NCBI GenBank assembly: GCA_964291625.2
Contig: OZ220089.1
Location: 3,392,001-3,456,000, forward strand
Direction: 5' to 3'
Length of the DNA: 64,000 nt
Origin: Candidatus Latescibacterota bacterium
Lineage (GTDB): Bacteria > Latescibacterota > UBA2968 > UBA8231
Below, piece by piece: positions 20,698 to 30,403 of the stretch. The notes beneath the pieces are model-generated. The model saw only the letters and a list, made by a program, of their open reading frames with translations, was not told the origin of the DNA and did no database searches. A program made the translations under genes and the position numbers. The number at the start of each line of letters is the position of its first letter. Within the stretch, counting starts at the first letter, position 1.

Positions 20698-22365
20698 ATG
20701 GAGATCGGCCGGGGTCGTCCCCGGGTGGCGGGGCCTCTGTGCGTTCTGGGGGCGGCGGCCATCCTGTGGAGCGGCTGTGCGCGGGAAGAGCGCGGGGTGG
20801 TGGCGGTGGTGGGAGACAAGGCGATCACCGCCCAGGACGTGCGGGACCTCGGGGCCCGCCTGGCCGGGGAGTCGGGCGAGGCCGCTTCGCCGGACCGGGT
20901 GATGGAGCACCTGCAGGCCCTCGTCGACAGGGAGCTGCTGCTGCTGGAGGCGGAGAAGGAGCGCATCGAGGAGAGCCCCTTCTACGTGCGCCGCATGGGA
21001 CGCCTGCGGCGGGACAAGCTCGTGGGCACCCTCGAGGCCCGCACTCTCGCCGTCACCGTCGGCGACGACGAGGTGGGCCGCTACATCCGGGAACAGGGTT
21101 ACGACCGCGCCATCCAGACGGCGGACATCATGGTCCCGGACCTGGAAACGGCGGAGCACGTCCTGGAGCTGATCGAGCAGGGGGCCGACTTCGCCGACGC
21201 CGCCCGCAGGTGGTCGGCCAACCGGGAGACCGCTCCCCAGGGAGGGGACATGGGCCGGTTCGTGACTCGGCACCAGATGGTCCCGGCTCTCGGCGAGAAG
21301 CTCTTCACCCTGCCCGTGGGGGCGATCTCGCCTCCGGTTCAGGTAGGCCGGTGGCATTCGATCTTCAAGGTCCTGGCCGAGTCCTCCATCGAGCTGACGC
21401 CGCAGCAGCGGCAGGCGGTGACGGCGGAACTGGAGCGCCGGAAGCTGCAGGCGGCGAGGGACTCCCTGGTGGCCGTCCTGCGGCGGGAGTACCGCCTGGA
21501 GCGGGATGCAGAAGGCCTGGCCGCCTTCGTCGAAGCCCTGGGCGGCGGCGACGAGCCCGCCCCCGACCTGGTACTCTACCGCTACGACGGCGGCGAGATC
21601 GAGGCCGCCGAGGTCGTCGAGAAGGCCCGGAGCATCCGGGGCGACATCCTGGCTGACGTCGTCGACGCCGGGGGACTGACGGCCGTCGTCGATCGCTGGG
21701 TCGTGCCCGAGGTGGTGCTGGTGGAGGCCGCCCGGCGCGAGGGGATCGACGCCGAGGAGGAGATCGTCCGGTGGCTGGCGGAGATGGAGCAGCAGACGCT
21801 GATCACCGGACTCCGGGGACAGGTCCTGCAGCAGCGGGCCAACGTCACCGACGACGAGGTGCGCGAGTACTTCGAGGCCAACCGCGGCGAGTTCCTGCAC
21901 CCGGAGCAGATCGAGCTGGAGGAGATCCTGGTGGAGTCCGAGTCCGAGGCGGCGGAGCTGCGGCGCCGGATCGAGGCGGGCGCCGACTTCGGGGCCCTGG
22001 CGCGGTCGCGCTCGCTGCGCTCGCCGGAGATCCGCGACGAGAGCGGGCGGTTCCACATGCACCGGTACGAGTCGCCGAGGTTCGGCGGTCTCGTGGAAGC
22101 CGTTGTCGACGCCGAGGCCGGCGAGTTGACCGGACCGGTGGAAGTGGAGGAGGGCTTCACCCTCTTCCGCATCCTGTCGCGGGAGCGGCGCCAGGAGACC
22201 TGGGAGGAAGCCAGGGCGCGGGCCACCTCCAAGCTGCGGCGCCAGCGGCAGCGCCAGGCCTTCAACGACTACATGCGGGAACTGCGGGAACGCTACGACT
22301 CGCAGGTCGAGATCCGCCGCGGCGCCCTCGAGGCGGCCTTCGGGGCGGCCCCTCAGTCGGGCTGA
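20698..22365 (+). CDS. Parvulin-type peptidyl-prolyl isomerase (SurA/PrsA-like), probable lipoprotein
   Basis: LWSGC lipobox-like; two rotamase domains (GADFADAARRWS...GGDMG; GADFGALARSRS); AAAGGAGG RBS. Confidence 0.85.
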   Translation: MEIGRGRPRVAGPLCVLGAAAILWSGCAREERGVVAVVGDKAITAQDVRDLGARLAGESGEAASPDRVMEHLQALVDRELLLLEAEKERIEESPFYVRRMGRLRRDKLVGTLEARTLAVTVGDDEVGRYIREQGYDRAIQTADIMVPDLETAEHVLELIEQGADFADAARRWSANRETAPQGGDMGRFVTRHQMVPALGEKLFTLPVGAISPPVQVGRWHSIFKVLAESSIELTPQQRQAVTAELERRKLQAARDSLVAVLRREYRLERDAEGLAAFVEALGGGDEPAPDLVLYRYDGGEIEAAEVVEKARSIRGDILADVVDAGGLTAVVDRWVVPEVVLVEAARREGIDAEEEIVRWLAEMEQQTLITGLRGQVLQQRANVTDDEVREYFEANRGEFLHPEQIELEEILVESESEAAELRRRIEAGADFGALARSRSLRSPEIRDESGRFHMHRYESPRFGGLVEAVVDAEAGELTGPVEVEEGFTLFRILSRERRQETWEEARARATSKLRRQRQRQAFNDYMRELRERYDSQVEIRRGALEAAFGAAPQSG

Positions 22366-24056
22366 GCGCCGCTGCCCTCGCGGACCACGAGGACCTGGTT
22401 CGCCTCCAGGCCGTGCCAGGTCTCGACGAGCCCGTTGGGCCAGGTGACGCGCACCTCGTCGACGCCGGCGGCCTCGCCGAGGCCGAAGTGCAGGCGAGGG
22501 TCGCTGCTCGACAGGTAGCTCGACCCGCTGGCCACCTCCCGAACCTGGATCCGCTCCCCGCAGCGGACTCCCACCCGGGCGCCGACGCCGTCCCGGTTGC
22601 TCGCCGTGCCGACGGTGCGCACCTGCAGCCAGTTGGCCCGGTTGCCGCCGTCGTTGCGCAGCAGCGTCGGCGCCTCGTTCAGGTTGAGGACGAGGATGTC
22701 CACGTCGCCGTCGTCGTCGTAGTCGCCGAAGGCGGCTCCCCGGCTCACCTTCTCGATCCGAAGGCCGGGTCCGGCGGCCAGGGAGACCTCGTTGAAGGTG
22801 CCGTCGCCCAGGCTCTCGAAGAGCTGGTTCCGCTGGGCATAGGCCACCCCCAGGTTGGCCCTGTCCACCTGGGGGAAGATGTGGCCGTTGGCGACGAAGA
22901 GATCCTGGTCGCCGTCGTTGTCGTAGTCGAAGAACCCGGTCCCCCACGCCAGGAAGGGGAAGCTCTCGAGGCCGACCCGCGCCGCGAAGGTGACGTCCGA
23001 GAAGACCTCGCCGCCGCCGTCGTTGCGGTAGAGGGTGTTGGTCTCCTCCCAGAAGTTGGTCACCAGGATGTCGGCGTCCTCGTCGTTGTCGTAGTCGCCC
23101 AGGGCGATGCCCATCGACCCCTGGGCCTCCCCGGACTCGCCGTAGGCGACACCCGCCATCCAGCCCAGCTCCTCGAAGGTGCCGTCGCCCTGGTTCCGGT
23201 AGAGGTAGTTGGGGCCCGTGTCGTTGGCCACGTACAGGTCGGCATGGCCGTCGTCGTCGAGGTCGCCGGCGACGACGCCGAGCCCGTAGAGCCGTTCCTC
23301 GTCGACCACGTTGGCCGCCGCGGTGGCATCGGTGAAGAGGCCGTCCCCCTCGTTGCGGTAGAAGACGTCCGGCTCGCCCCGCAGCCCCCGCGGCCCGAAG
23401 TGGACGGTCAGGCCGCGCCAGGTGTGGCGCCGCTCCGGCGTCGTCGCCAGGAAGTGGCGGAAGTCGACGTAGTTGGCCACGTAGAGGTCGAGATCCCCGT
23501 CGCGGTCGGAGTCGAAGAAGGCGCAGCCGGTGCCGAAGCCCTCGTCGCCGACGCCGGCGCGGGCCGTGACGTCGGCGAAGCCCCCGCCCTCGTTCCGGTA
23601 GAGGACGTTGCGGCCGTAGTTGGTGATGTAGATGTCCGGATCGCCGTCGTTGTCGTGGTCGGCGACGGCGACGCCCATCCCCCAGCCCGGGTCCCCGAGA
23701 CCGGCGGCTTCGGTGGCGTCGGCGAAGGCGGCCCGGTCGTTGCGGTAGAGGGCGTTGCGCGGGCCCCCGCCGTCGGGGAACCCGCCGATGCGCGAGCCGT
23801 TGAGGACGTAGAGGTCGAGATCGCCGTCGCTGTCGTGGTCGACGAAGGCGACGCCGCCCATCATCGTGTCGACGAGGTACTCCTGCTCCTCCTCGCCGGA
23901 GACGTTGAGGAGGGTGACGCCCACGTCGGCGGCCACATCCGTGAACTGCACGGGGGCCGCCGCGGTCTCGGCGGCGGTCGCGGCAGCCCCGGGCCCTAGG
24001 GCCGGCAGCAGCACCAGGGGCAGGAAGGTCCTCCGGAGGGACCCGCAGCCGCTCAC
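22353..24056 (-). CDS. CRTAC1 family protein (FG-GAP/VCBS repeats plus ASPIC/UnbV)
   Basis: Repeated DxDxDGDxDLY motifs; NRDGVGARV...GSSYLSSSDPRLHFGLG...VTWPNG. Confidence 0.9.
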   Translation of the reverse strand: MSGCGSLRRTFLPLVLLPALGPGAAATAAETAAAPVQFTDVAADVGVTLLNVSGEEEQEYLVDTMMGGVAFVDHDSDGDLDLYVLNGSRIGGFPDGGGPRNALYRNDRAAFADATEAAGLGDPGWGMGVAVADHDNDGDPDIYITNYGRNVLYRNEGGGFADVTARAGVGDEGFGTGCAFFDSDRDGDLDLYVANYVDFRHFLATTPERRHTWRGLTVHFGPRGLRGEPDVFYRNEGDGLFTDATAAANVVDEERLYGLGVVAGDLDDDGHADLYVANDTGPNYLYRNQGDGTFEELGWMAGVAYGESGEAQGSMGIALGDYDNDEDADILVTNFWEETNTLYRNDGGGEVFSDVTFAARVGLESFPFLAWGTGFFDYDNDGDQDLFVANGHIFPQVDRANLGVAYAQRNQLFESLGDGTFNEVSLAAGPGLRIEKVSRGAAFGDYDDDGDVDILVLNLNEAPTLLRNDGGNRANWLQVRTVGTASNRDGVGARVGVRCGERIQVREVASGSSYLSSSDPRLHFGLGEAAGVDEVRVTWPNGLVETWHGLEANQVLVVREGSGAQPD

Positions 24057-25576
24057 GGACTGCGCTCGGCCAGTCTCCTGGCGATGGCGAGCTGCCTGCG
24101 GGCGTCCTCGTAGCGGCCCACCTTCCTGTAGGTCTCCCCGAGGTCGCGGTGATAGCGGGCGTTCGTCGGCTCCAGGGCGATGGCGAGCTTGTGCTCGTGG
24201 ATCGCCTGCAGGTGCCGGCCCCGCCGGGAGTACTGCACGGCCAGCTCGGCGTGGAACTTCGGGTTGTCCGGAGACATGGAGACGCTGCGCTCGAGATCGT
24301 CGAGGCTCTCCCGGCTCTGCTCGCGGAAGACGGCCATCGCCTGCCGGCTCTCCTCGCGCCGGCCTTGTTGCATCAAGGCCCTGGCCAGACCGTAGTGGGC
24401 CTCCGTGTTGTAGGGGTCGAGGTCGATGGCCCTGCGGAACTCCGGGATCGCCAGACCGTGGCTGTCGGCGCGGGCATGGGCGGCGCCCAGGGCGTAGCGG
24501 AAGAGGGAGCTCTCCGGCTCGAGCCGGACCGCCTGCCGCAGCTGGGCGATGCCCTCCTCGTGCCGCGCCTCCCGGGAGTAGATGCCGCCCAGACGAAAGC
24601 GTGTGTACGCCAGGTCCGGGTCGACGGCCAGGGCCCGCTCGTACTGGGCCGCCGCCTGGCCGTACTCCCGCTGCCGCTCGTAGGCCATGCCGAGGCTGTG
24701 CTGAAAGCCGCCGTGGCCGGGGGCCAGCTCGGCCGCCCTGCGATGGGCCGCGACGGAGGCGGCGAGCAGGTCCTGGTCCGCCATCGCCGTCCCCAGCGGG
24801 GCGTGGGCCTGCTCGGCGTAGACCCGGCCCAGCTGGTGGTGGACGGCGGCCCTCCGCGGGTCGAGGCGGAGGCTCGCCTGCAGGGCCTCCGCCGCCTCCG
24901 ACAGCTTCCCCACGGCCATCCGCGCCGTGGCGAGGAGGTAGTGCACGGAGGGCTCCTCGGGAATCAGCCCGGCCGCCCTCTGCAGGGCGGCGATCGCCTT
25001 TCCGTACTCCTGCTCTTCCAGGTAGATGCCGCCGAGGCGGTAGAGGGAGGGGGGGTAGTTCGGGTTGATGCGGTGGGCGGTCTCGAAGTGGCGCAACGCC
25101 GCCGCGCGGTCGCCGCGCGCGTGGATCATGCCGAGGCCGTGATGGGCGAGGTAGTAGCCCGGGTCGGCGGCGATCGCCTTCCGGAAGGCCTCCTCGGCCC
25201 GGGCCGGGTCCTGACGGATCAGGAACAGCTTGCCGAGCTTGTAGAGGGACGGGACGTGACCGGCATCGAGGCTCAGGGCCCGCTCCAGGGCCCGCCGGGC
25301 CTCGGGGAAGCGGCGCTGCAGGGAGTAGACGAAGCCGAGGCCGTCGAGGGCCCGGACATGGGTGGAGTCCAGCGCCACGGCCTTCCGGTAGCTCACCTCG
25401 GCGCAGGCGTAGTCGCCGCCGCCGGCGCAGCGCCGGCCGTGCTGGTAGAGGGACTCGGCGCTGCCCGGCTCCGGCGCCTCCTGGGCCGCGAGGCGGGGCG
25501 TCGCCCCGGCGAGGACGGCGGCGCAGGCGTAGACGGCCGCGTGCCGCGGGCGGAACAGGCGCAGGCCGGGGTTCAC
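24053..25576 (-). CDS. Tetratricopeptide repeat protein, exported
   Basis: About a dozen TPR units (e.g. AHYGLARAL, YRLGGIY, A..LDP); signal-like N-terminus from GTG 25576; overlaps the CRTAC1 gene start. Confidence 0.85.
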   Translation of the reverse strand: MNPGLRLFRPRHAAVYACAAVLAGATPRLAAQEAPEPGSAESLYQHGRRCAGGGDYACAEVSYRKAVALDSTHVRALDGLGFVYSLQRRFPEARRALERALSLDAGHVPSLYKLGKLFLIRQDPARAEEAFRKAIAADPGYYLAHHGLGMIHARGDRAAALRHFETAHRINPNYPPSLYRLGGIYLEEQEYGKAIAALQRAAGLIPEEPSVHYLLATARMAVGKLSEAAEALQASLRLDPRRAAVHHQLGRVYAEQAHAPLGTAMADQDLLAASVAAHRRAAELAPGHGGFQHSLGMAYERQREYGQAAAQYERALAVDPDLAYTRFRLGGIYSREARHEEGIAQLRQAVRLEPESSLFRYALGAAHARADSHGLAIPEFRRAIDLDPYNTEAHYGLARALMQQGRREESRQAMAVFREQSRESLDDLERSVSMSPDNPKFHAELAVQYSRRGRHLQAIHEHKLAIALEPTNARYHRDLGETYRKVGRYEDARRQLAIARRLAERSP

Positions 25577-25904
25577 GCCGCCCGCACCGGCACCCGGTGG
25601 ATGATGCGGCCCGGGCAGCCCTCGAGGGTCCTCCCGGCGGACCAGCCTCCGGGCCGGCATCGCCGACTTCGATTCGTCTTGCACCAGGCTCCTTGGGACG
25701 GTGGTGTGTAGTGTACGGGCACGGTTACCATATGGGCCGAGCCGGACTCTCGGGGTCCGGTAAGGCACAGGGCATGGCATCTCTCGGGGCAGCGGCCCTG
25801 CACCATCTTCGCGGAATCTACGATAAGGAAGCCGGCCCTCACGAGCTTGTCCCTGTGACCGAAGACCGGCCGGGCGGAGTCCCGTTGAGGACCATGGATA
25901 CCCG

Positions 25905-27869
25905 ATGACGTCACCTCCGCGGAGGGACCGTGGGCAGGCGCGGGACCTTCGGGGGGTCCCGGTGCGGGGTCTCCTCATCGGGGCCGTGCTGTCCCTGGTG
26001 CTCAACGTCTGCGACACCTACGCGACGAACGCGATCCAGGGGTCGTACCTGACCCTCAACTTCAGCACCCCCGCCGCCCTCTTCTTCTTCTTCTTCCTCG
26101 TCCTGGCCAGCGGCGCCGTCGGCCTCCTGCACCGGTGGCTGGAGCTGACCCGGGCCGAGCTGATCACGATCTACGTCATGCTGCTGGTGGCCTGCTGCAT
26201 TCCGGGCATGGGCTTCACCCAGTTCATCATCCCCTGCCTGCTCGGCTCGACGTACTACGCCACGCCGGAGAACAACTGGGACGAGCTCTACAACCAGTAC
26301 ATCCCCGAGTGGATGATCCCCCGGGGGCCGAACGTGGCCCGCTACTTCTTCGAGGGGCTGCCCGAGGGCGGCTCGATTCCGTGGGGCGCCTGGGTGGTGC
26401 CCCTGGGCCTGTGGTTCGGCTTCTTCCTGGCCCTCGGCTTTGCCATGATCTGCGCCATGGTCATCCTGCGCCGGCAGTGGGTCGACCACGAGCGGCTCAC
26501 CTACGCGCTGGTGCAGGTGCCGATGGAGATGATCCAGCGGGAGGAAGGCGGCGCCGTGGGCCGCGCCTTCTTCACCAACAAGACGATGTGGCTGGGCTTC
26601 GCCGTCTCCTTTCTGCTGCTGAGCGTCAACGGGCTCCACTCCTACTTTCCGGAGATCCCCCGCCTCGAGCGCATCGCCGTGCTGCCCGCCTTCGGCAACA
26701 CCTGGTTCCTCTTCTGGTTCAGCCCGCCGTGGACGGGGTTCTTCTACTTCGTCAGCCTCGACATCTCGGCCTCGATCTGGGTCTTCTACCTCCTCGTCCG
26801 GCTGCAGCGGGGGGTCCTGAACGTCCTCGGCGTGCACAGCACGCAGCGGATCGACTTCTACTCCGGGACGGACCCCATCCTCGCCCACCAGGGTCTCGGG
26901 GCGGTGATCGTCTTCGTCCTCGTCGGTCTGTGGGTGGCGCGCCGGCACCTGCGCCAGGTGGCGGCCAAGGCCCTGCGCGGGGCCCGCGAGGTCGACGACA
27001 GCAACGAGATCCTCACCTACCGGCAGGCTTTCTTCGGGTTGATCGCCGGCCTGCTGATCGTCGCCGCCTGGCTGTCGGCGATCGGCCTTCCCTTCGCGGT
27101 GGCCCTGCTCTTCGTCTTCGGCGCCATGGTCCTCTTCCTGGCTCTCACGCGGGTCGTGGCCGAGGGCGGCATCCCGGCGATGCGTCCCCCCCTGATGACC
27201 TCGACCTTCGTGATCTCCACGGTGGGCACCTCGGCCATCGGCGCCCAGGGCCTGGTGGCCCTCGGCTTCTCCTACGGCTGGCACTCCGAGATCCGCTCCT
27301 TCGTCATGTCCTCGGTCGCCAACGGCCTCAAGATGAGCGAGCTGATCCGCGGCCCGAAACGCCGCCTGTTCTGGGCCATCGTCGTCGCCATCCTCGTCAG
27401 CCTGGCGGGTTCCTCCTACGTCACCCTGGTCATGGCCTACGAGCACGGCGGCATCAACCTCAACCCCCTGTTCTTCTCATGGCAGTCGACCCACTTCGGA
27501 CCCAGGGACATGGCCCCGCGCATCGCGGGCGCGCCCGAAGGCCCGCGCTGGGACGCCGTGCAGTACATGCTCATCGGGGGAGGGGTGATGTCGGCCCTCA
27601 TGTGGGTGCGCCACCACTTCGTGTGGTGGCCGCTGAACCCCCTGGGGTTCACGATCGCCGCCAACTGGAAGACCGACCACATCTTCTGCAGCGCCCTGAT
27701 CGCCTGGTGCCTGAAGCTGCTGATCCTGCGCTACGGCGGGGTGCGCCTCTACCGCAGCCTGCGGCCCTTCTTCCTGGGCCTGATCCTCGGCGAGATCGTC
27801 GGCGCCGGCGTGTTCCTGGTGATCGACTACCTCACCGGCACCACGGGCAGCTTCCTGACACAGATCTGA
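25905..27869 (+). CDS. DUF6785/DUF6784-like polytopic membrane protein, copy 2
   Basis: About 47 differences from copy 1 over 654 aa (manual count). Confidence 0.8.
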   Translation: MTSPPRRDRGQARDLRGVPVRGLLIGAVLSLVLNVCDTYATNAIQGSYLTLNFSTPAALFFFFFLVLASGAVGLLHRWLELTRAELITIYVMLLVACCIPGMGFTQFIIPCLLGSTYYATPENNWDELYNQYIPEWMIPRGPNVARYFFEGLPEGGSIPWGAWVVPLGLWFGFFLALGFAMICAMVILRRQWVDHERLTYALVQVPMEMIQREEGGAVGRAFFTNKTMWLGFAVSFLLLSVNGLHSYFPEIPRLERIAVLPAFGNTWFLFWFSPPWTGFFYFVSLDISASIWVFYLLVRLQRGVLNVLGVHSTQRIDFYSGTDPILAHQGLGAVIVFVLVGLWVARRHLRQVAAKALRGAREVDDSNEILTYRQAFFGLIAGLLIVAAWLSAIGLPFAVALLFVFGAMVLFLALTRVVAEGGIPAMRPPLMTSTFVISTVGTSAIGAQGLVALGFSYGWHSEIRSFVMSSVANGLKMSELIRGPKRRLFWAIVVAILVSLAGSSYVTLVMAYEHGGINLNPLFFSWQSTHFGPRDMAPRIAGAPEGPRWDAVQYMLIGGGVMSALMWVRHHFVWWPLNPLGFTIAANWKTDHIFCSALIAWCLKLLILRYGGVRLYRSLRPFFLGLILGEIVGAGVFLVIDYLTGTTGSFLTQI

Positions 27870-28022
27870 AGGCGGGCGCCCGGGTCAGGACGGGTTCGCC
27901 GGCAAGGCAACGCCGGGCCGTCCGGGACTCGCTTGTGGCCGCCGGCGGGACGGGGTCCCGGGAGAGGAGGGTACTGGCGAAGGGGGCCGCACGCCGCCGG
28001 CGGGACGGGCGCGGGCCGGGGG

Positions 28023-29327
28023 TCAGGCCACCCGCACCGGCACCCGGTGGACGACGTTGCCGAGGTAGCCCTTGGGGTTCCAGGGCTGGCGGAAGGGCTG
28101 GGCGTTGTCCGCCTCGTCGAAGGCGCGGGCCCAGATCTCGTAGTAGCCCCGGGCGGCGAGGATCAGCTCGGCCGACCAGCCGTACCAGGCGTAGCGGTTG
28201 GCCGGCGGGGTCAGCCGCGTCTCCTGCCAGTGGACGCCGAAGTCCGTCGAGACCAGGACCCTGGCCACCTGGCCCTCGCCGGCCCAGGCGTGTCCCCTGA
28301 CCCGCAGCGGAACGCCCCGCTGCACCTCGGCCTCGGGCGCGGGAGCGGTGATGAGGGACTTGACCACCCACGAGGTGGCGATGGCCATGTCCGACTCCGG
28401 CGGCTGTTGGCCGGGCGCGACGGGATAGGCGGGCACCCGGTAGGAGTAGCCGCTCATGTGACGCGAGTCGTGGACGGTGTCGCGCACCTGGATGCGGTGG
28501 AGCCACTTCTGCATGGAGCTGCCGATCCAGCCCGGGACCAGCAGGCGCGCCGGGAAGCCGTGGGCCGCCGGCAGGGGCTCGCCGTTCATCTTGAGGGCGA
28601 TGAGGGTGTGCTCGTCCATCGCCTTGGCCACCGGGATGCCCCGGGAGAACACCGGCCGGTCCTCGCCGTGGTTGCCGAGGTACACGGCCTTCTCCGCCAG
28701 GCCGGCGGCCTGCAGCACGTCGCGCAGGCGCACGCCCGTCCACTCGCTGCAGGCCACGGCGCCGCGGACCCACTGGGTGCCGCCCACGGCGGGAGCGAAG
28801 AGGCTGCGGCCGTTGCCCGCGCACTCGACCACCAGCCGGCGGGTGACCTGGGGCAGGCGGCCCAGGTCGTCGTAGGAGAAGGCGCGCGGCGTGCGGACCT
28901 CGCCGTCGACGGTCAGCTTCCAGTCCTGCAGGTCGCGGCTGCGGGCGCGCTCGGGGATGCCGCCGTTGTTGCGCACGAAGTGGCGGCTCGTGGGGGTCAC
29001 CGCGTCGTCGAGCAGGTGCGGGGGGAACTCGCCGTTGAAGGGCTCCTCGGAGTGGACGATCATCCCCGGCTTGGGCAGCCCGTCTCCGGCCGTCACCGCC
29101 CAGGCCCCCGGGATGAGCCCGCGGCCGAAGAGGCCCCTCGCCGCCGCGTCGGGGCCGGCGCCGAGGACGCCGAGCCCGGCCAGCGCCGCTCCCTTCCCCA
29201 CGGACGACAGGAACCCGCGCCGCGAGGTCATGCGGTCGAAGCGGTCCAGCGCCTCCCCGCGGGCCCCGTTCTCCTCCAGCAGGTGGCGCAGCCTCTCCGG
29301 TTCCAGCGCGTGGTTCGATTCGGGCAT
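28023..29327 (-). CDS. Tat-exported sulfite oxidase family molybdoenzyme (SoxC/SorA-like)
   Basis: SRRGFL Tat motif, HFVRNNG, ECAGNGR Mo-ligand Cys, HGFPARLLVPGWIG, QPWNPKGYLGN. Confidence 0.9.
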   Translation of the reverse strand: MPESNHALEPERLRHLLEENGARGEALDRFDRMTSRRGFLSSVGKGAALAGLGVLGAGPDAAARGLFGRGLIPGAWAVTAGDGLPKPGMIVHSEEPFNGEFPPHLLDDAVTPTSRHFVRNNGGIPERARSRDLQDWKLTVDGEVRTPRAFSYDDLGRLPQVTRRLVVECAGNGRSLFAPAVGGTQWVRGAVACSEWTGVRLRDVLQAAGLAEKAVYLGNHGEDRPVFSRGIPVAKAMDEHTLIALKMNGEPLPAAHGFPARLLVPGWIGSSMQKWLHRIQVRDTVHDSRHMSGYSYRVPAYPVAPGQQPPESDMAIATSWVVKSLITAPAPEAEVQRGVPLRVRGHAWAGEGQVARVLVSTDFGVHWQETRLTPPANRYAWYGWSAELILAARGYYEIWARAFDEADNAQPFRQPWNPKGYLGNVVHRVPVRVA

Positions 29328-29351
29328 GGGGTCTGCTGGCGGCTGCGGCCG

Positions 29352-30311
29352 TTACCCGTAGTGGAAGAGCACGCCCAGGGCCGAGCCCAGGTCGTCGACG
29401 AGCAGGTCGAAGGCCTGCTTCGCCTCCTGCAGGGGGAAGCGGTGGGTGATCATGTCCTCGGTGGCCAGGTGGCCCTCCGCCAGGAAGCGCGCCGCGTCCC
29501 GGCTGTACTCGCCCCGGGGCTTATCGCTGCGGATGCCGCCGACCACGAGCTTGCCCATGACGCGGCTGGCGTCGAGGGGGAGGGGCTGGCGGTGGTAGAG
29601 GCCGACGAGCTGGATCACGCCGCCGCCGGCGCACATCTCCTGGGCCTGGGCGAAGGACTGGACCCCGGCGGCGCCGCCGACGCAGTCGATGACCACCTGC
29701 GCTCCCCCGGGGCAGAGCCGCCGGACCGCCTCCACCGGGTCCTCCCGCGAGCAGTCCACCACGTCGTCGGCGAAGCGGGCGGCCAGCCGGCAGCGGCGCT
29801 CCAGTCCGTCCACGGCCACCAGCCGGCCCGTCTCCCGCTGGCGCACCACCTGCAGCAGGATGCTGCCCACCAGCCCCTGGCCGAGGATGACGACGCTGTC
29901 CCGCGGGCCGATCATGGCGCTGTCGGCCCAGGCGAGGCTGCTCGTGGTCAGGGGCAGGAAGGTGGCGGCCTCGAAGCCGACCTCGTCCGGCAGGGGCACG
30001 ACCCGGGGCCGCGAGGCCTGGCCGATGGCGTACTCGGCGTGGGGGGCGGAGACGACGACCCGGTCCCCGGGGCGGGGATCGTCGACCCCCGGTCCCGCCT
30101 CGGCGACGACGCCGGCGGCGGAGTAGCCCATGCGCGACGGGTCGACGGCGGTCTCGCTCAGGTAGCGGCCGCCGATCTCGGAGCCGCGGCTGATCAGGGA
30201 CGCCTCCAGGCGCACGAGGACCTCGCCCTCGGCGGGGCGCGGGACCTCGACGCGCTCGACGACGACGTTGCCGACGCCGTCGTGCTTGGCGGCTCGCAGC
30301 ATGGTGGCCAT
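29352..30311 (-). CDS. MDR-family dehydrogenase, apparently lacking the Zn ligands
   Basis: SLISRGSE and MGYSAAG in place of GHE; GQGLVG Rossmann motif; ITHRFPL. Start at 30311 or 30302. Confidence 0.8.
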   Translation of the reverse strand: MATMLRAAKHDGVGNVVVERVEVPRPAEGEVLVRLEASLISRGSEIGGRYLSETAVDPSRMGYSAAGVVAEAGPGVDDPRPGDRVVVSAPHAEYAIGQASRPRVVPLPDEVGFEAATFLPLTTSSLAWADSAMIGPRDSVVILGQGLVGSILLQVVRQRETGRLVAVDGLERRCRLAARFADDVVDCSREDPVEAVRRLCPGGAQVVIDCVGGAAGVQSFAQAQEMCAGGGVIQLVGLYHRQPLPLDASRVMGKLVVGGIRSDKPRGEYSRDAARFLAEGHLATEDMITHRFPLQEAKQAFDLLVDDLGSALGVLFHYG

Positions 30312-30403
30312 GGCCGCCAAAGGTAGGGCGGGAAGAGGCGCGGCGGCCACCGGCGGTACGGCGGGGCTGGCGCCGAGCGGGAGCGGGGACGAGTCTTTGC
30401 GCC

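Noticed and set aside
13339-20966. Very long minus-strand ORFs (1100 and 1085 aa), and similar ones elsewhere such as 53766..57590
   Set aside because: Antisense shadows of high-GC genes; low-complexity R/G/P/A translations with no motifs
28023-29327. A Sox sulfur-oxidation system
   Set aside because: No soxD/A/X/Y/Z/B or partner cytochrome adjacent; stand-alone sulfite-oxidase-family gene
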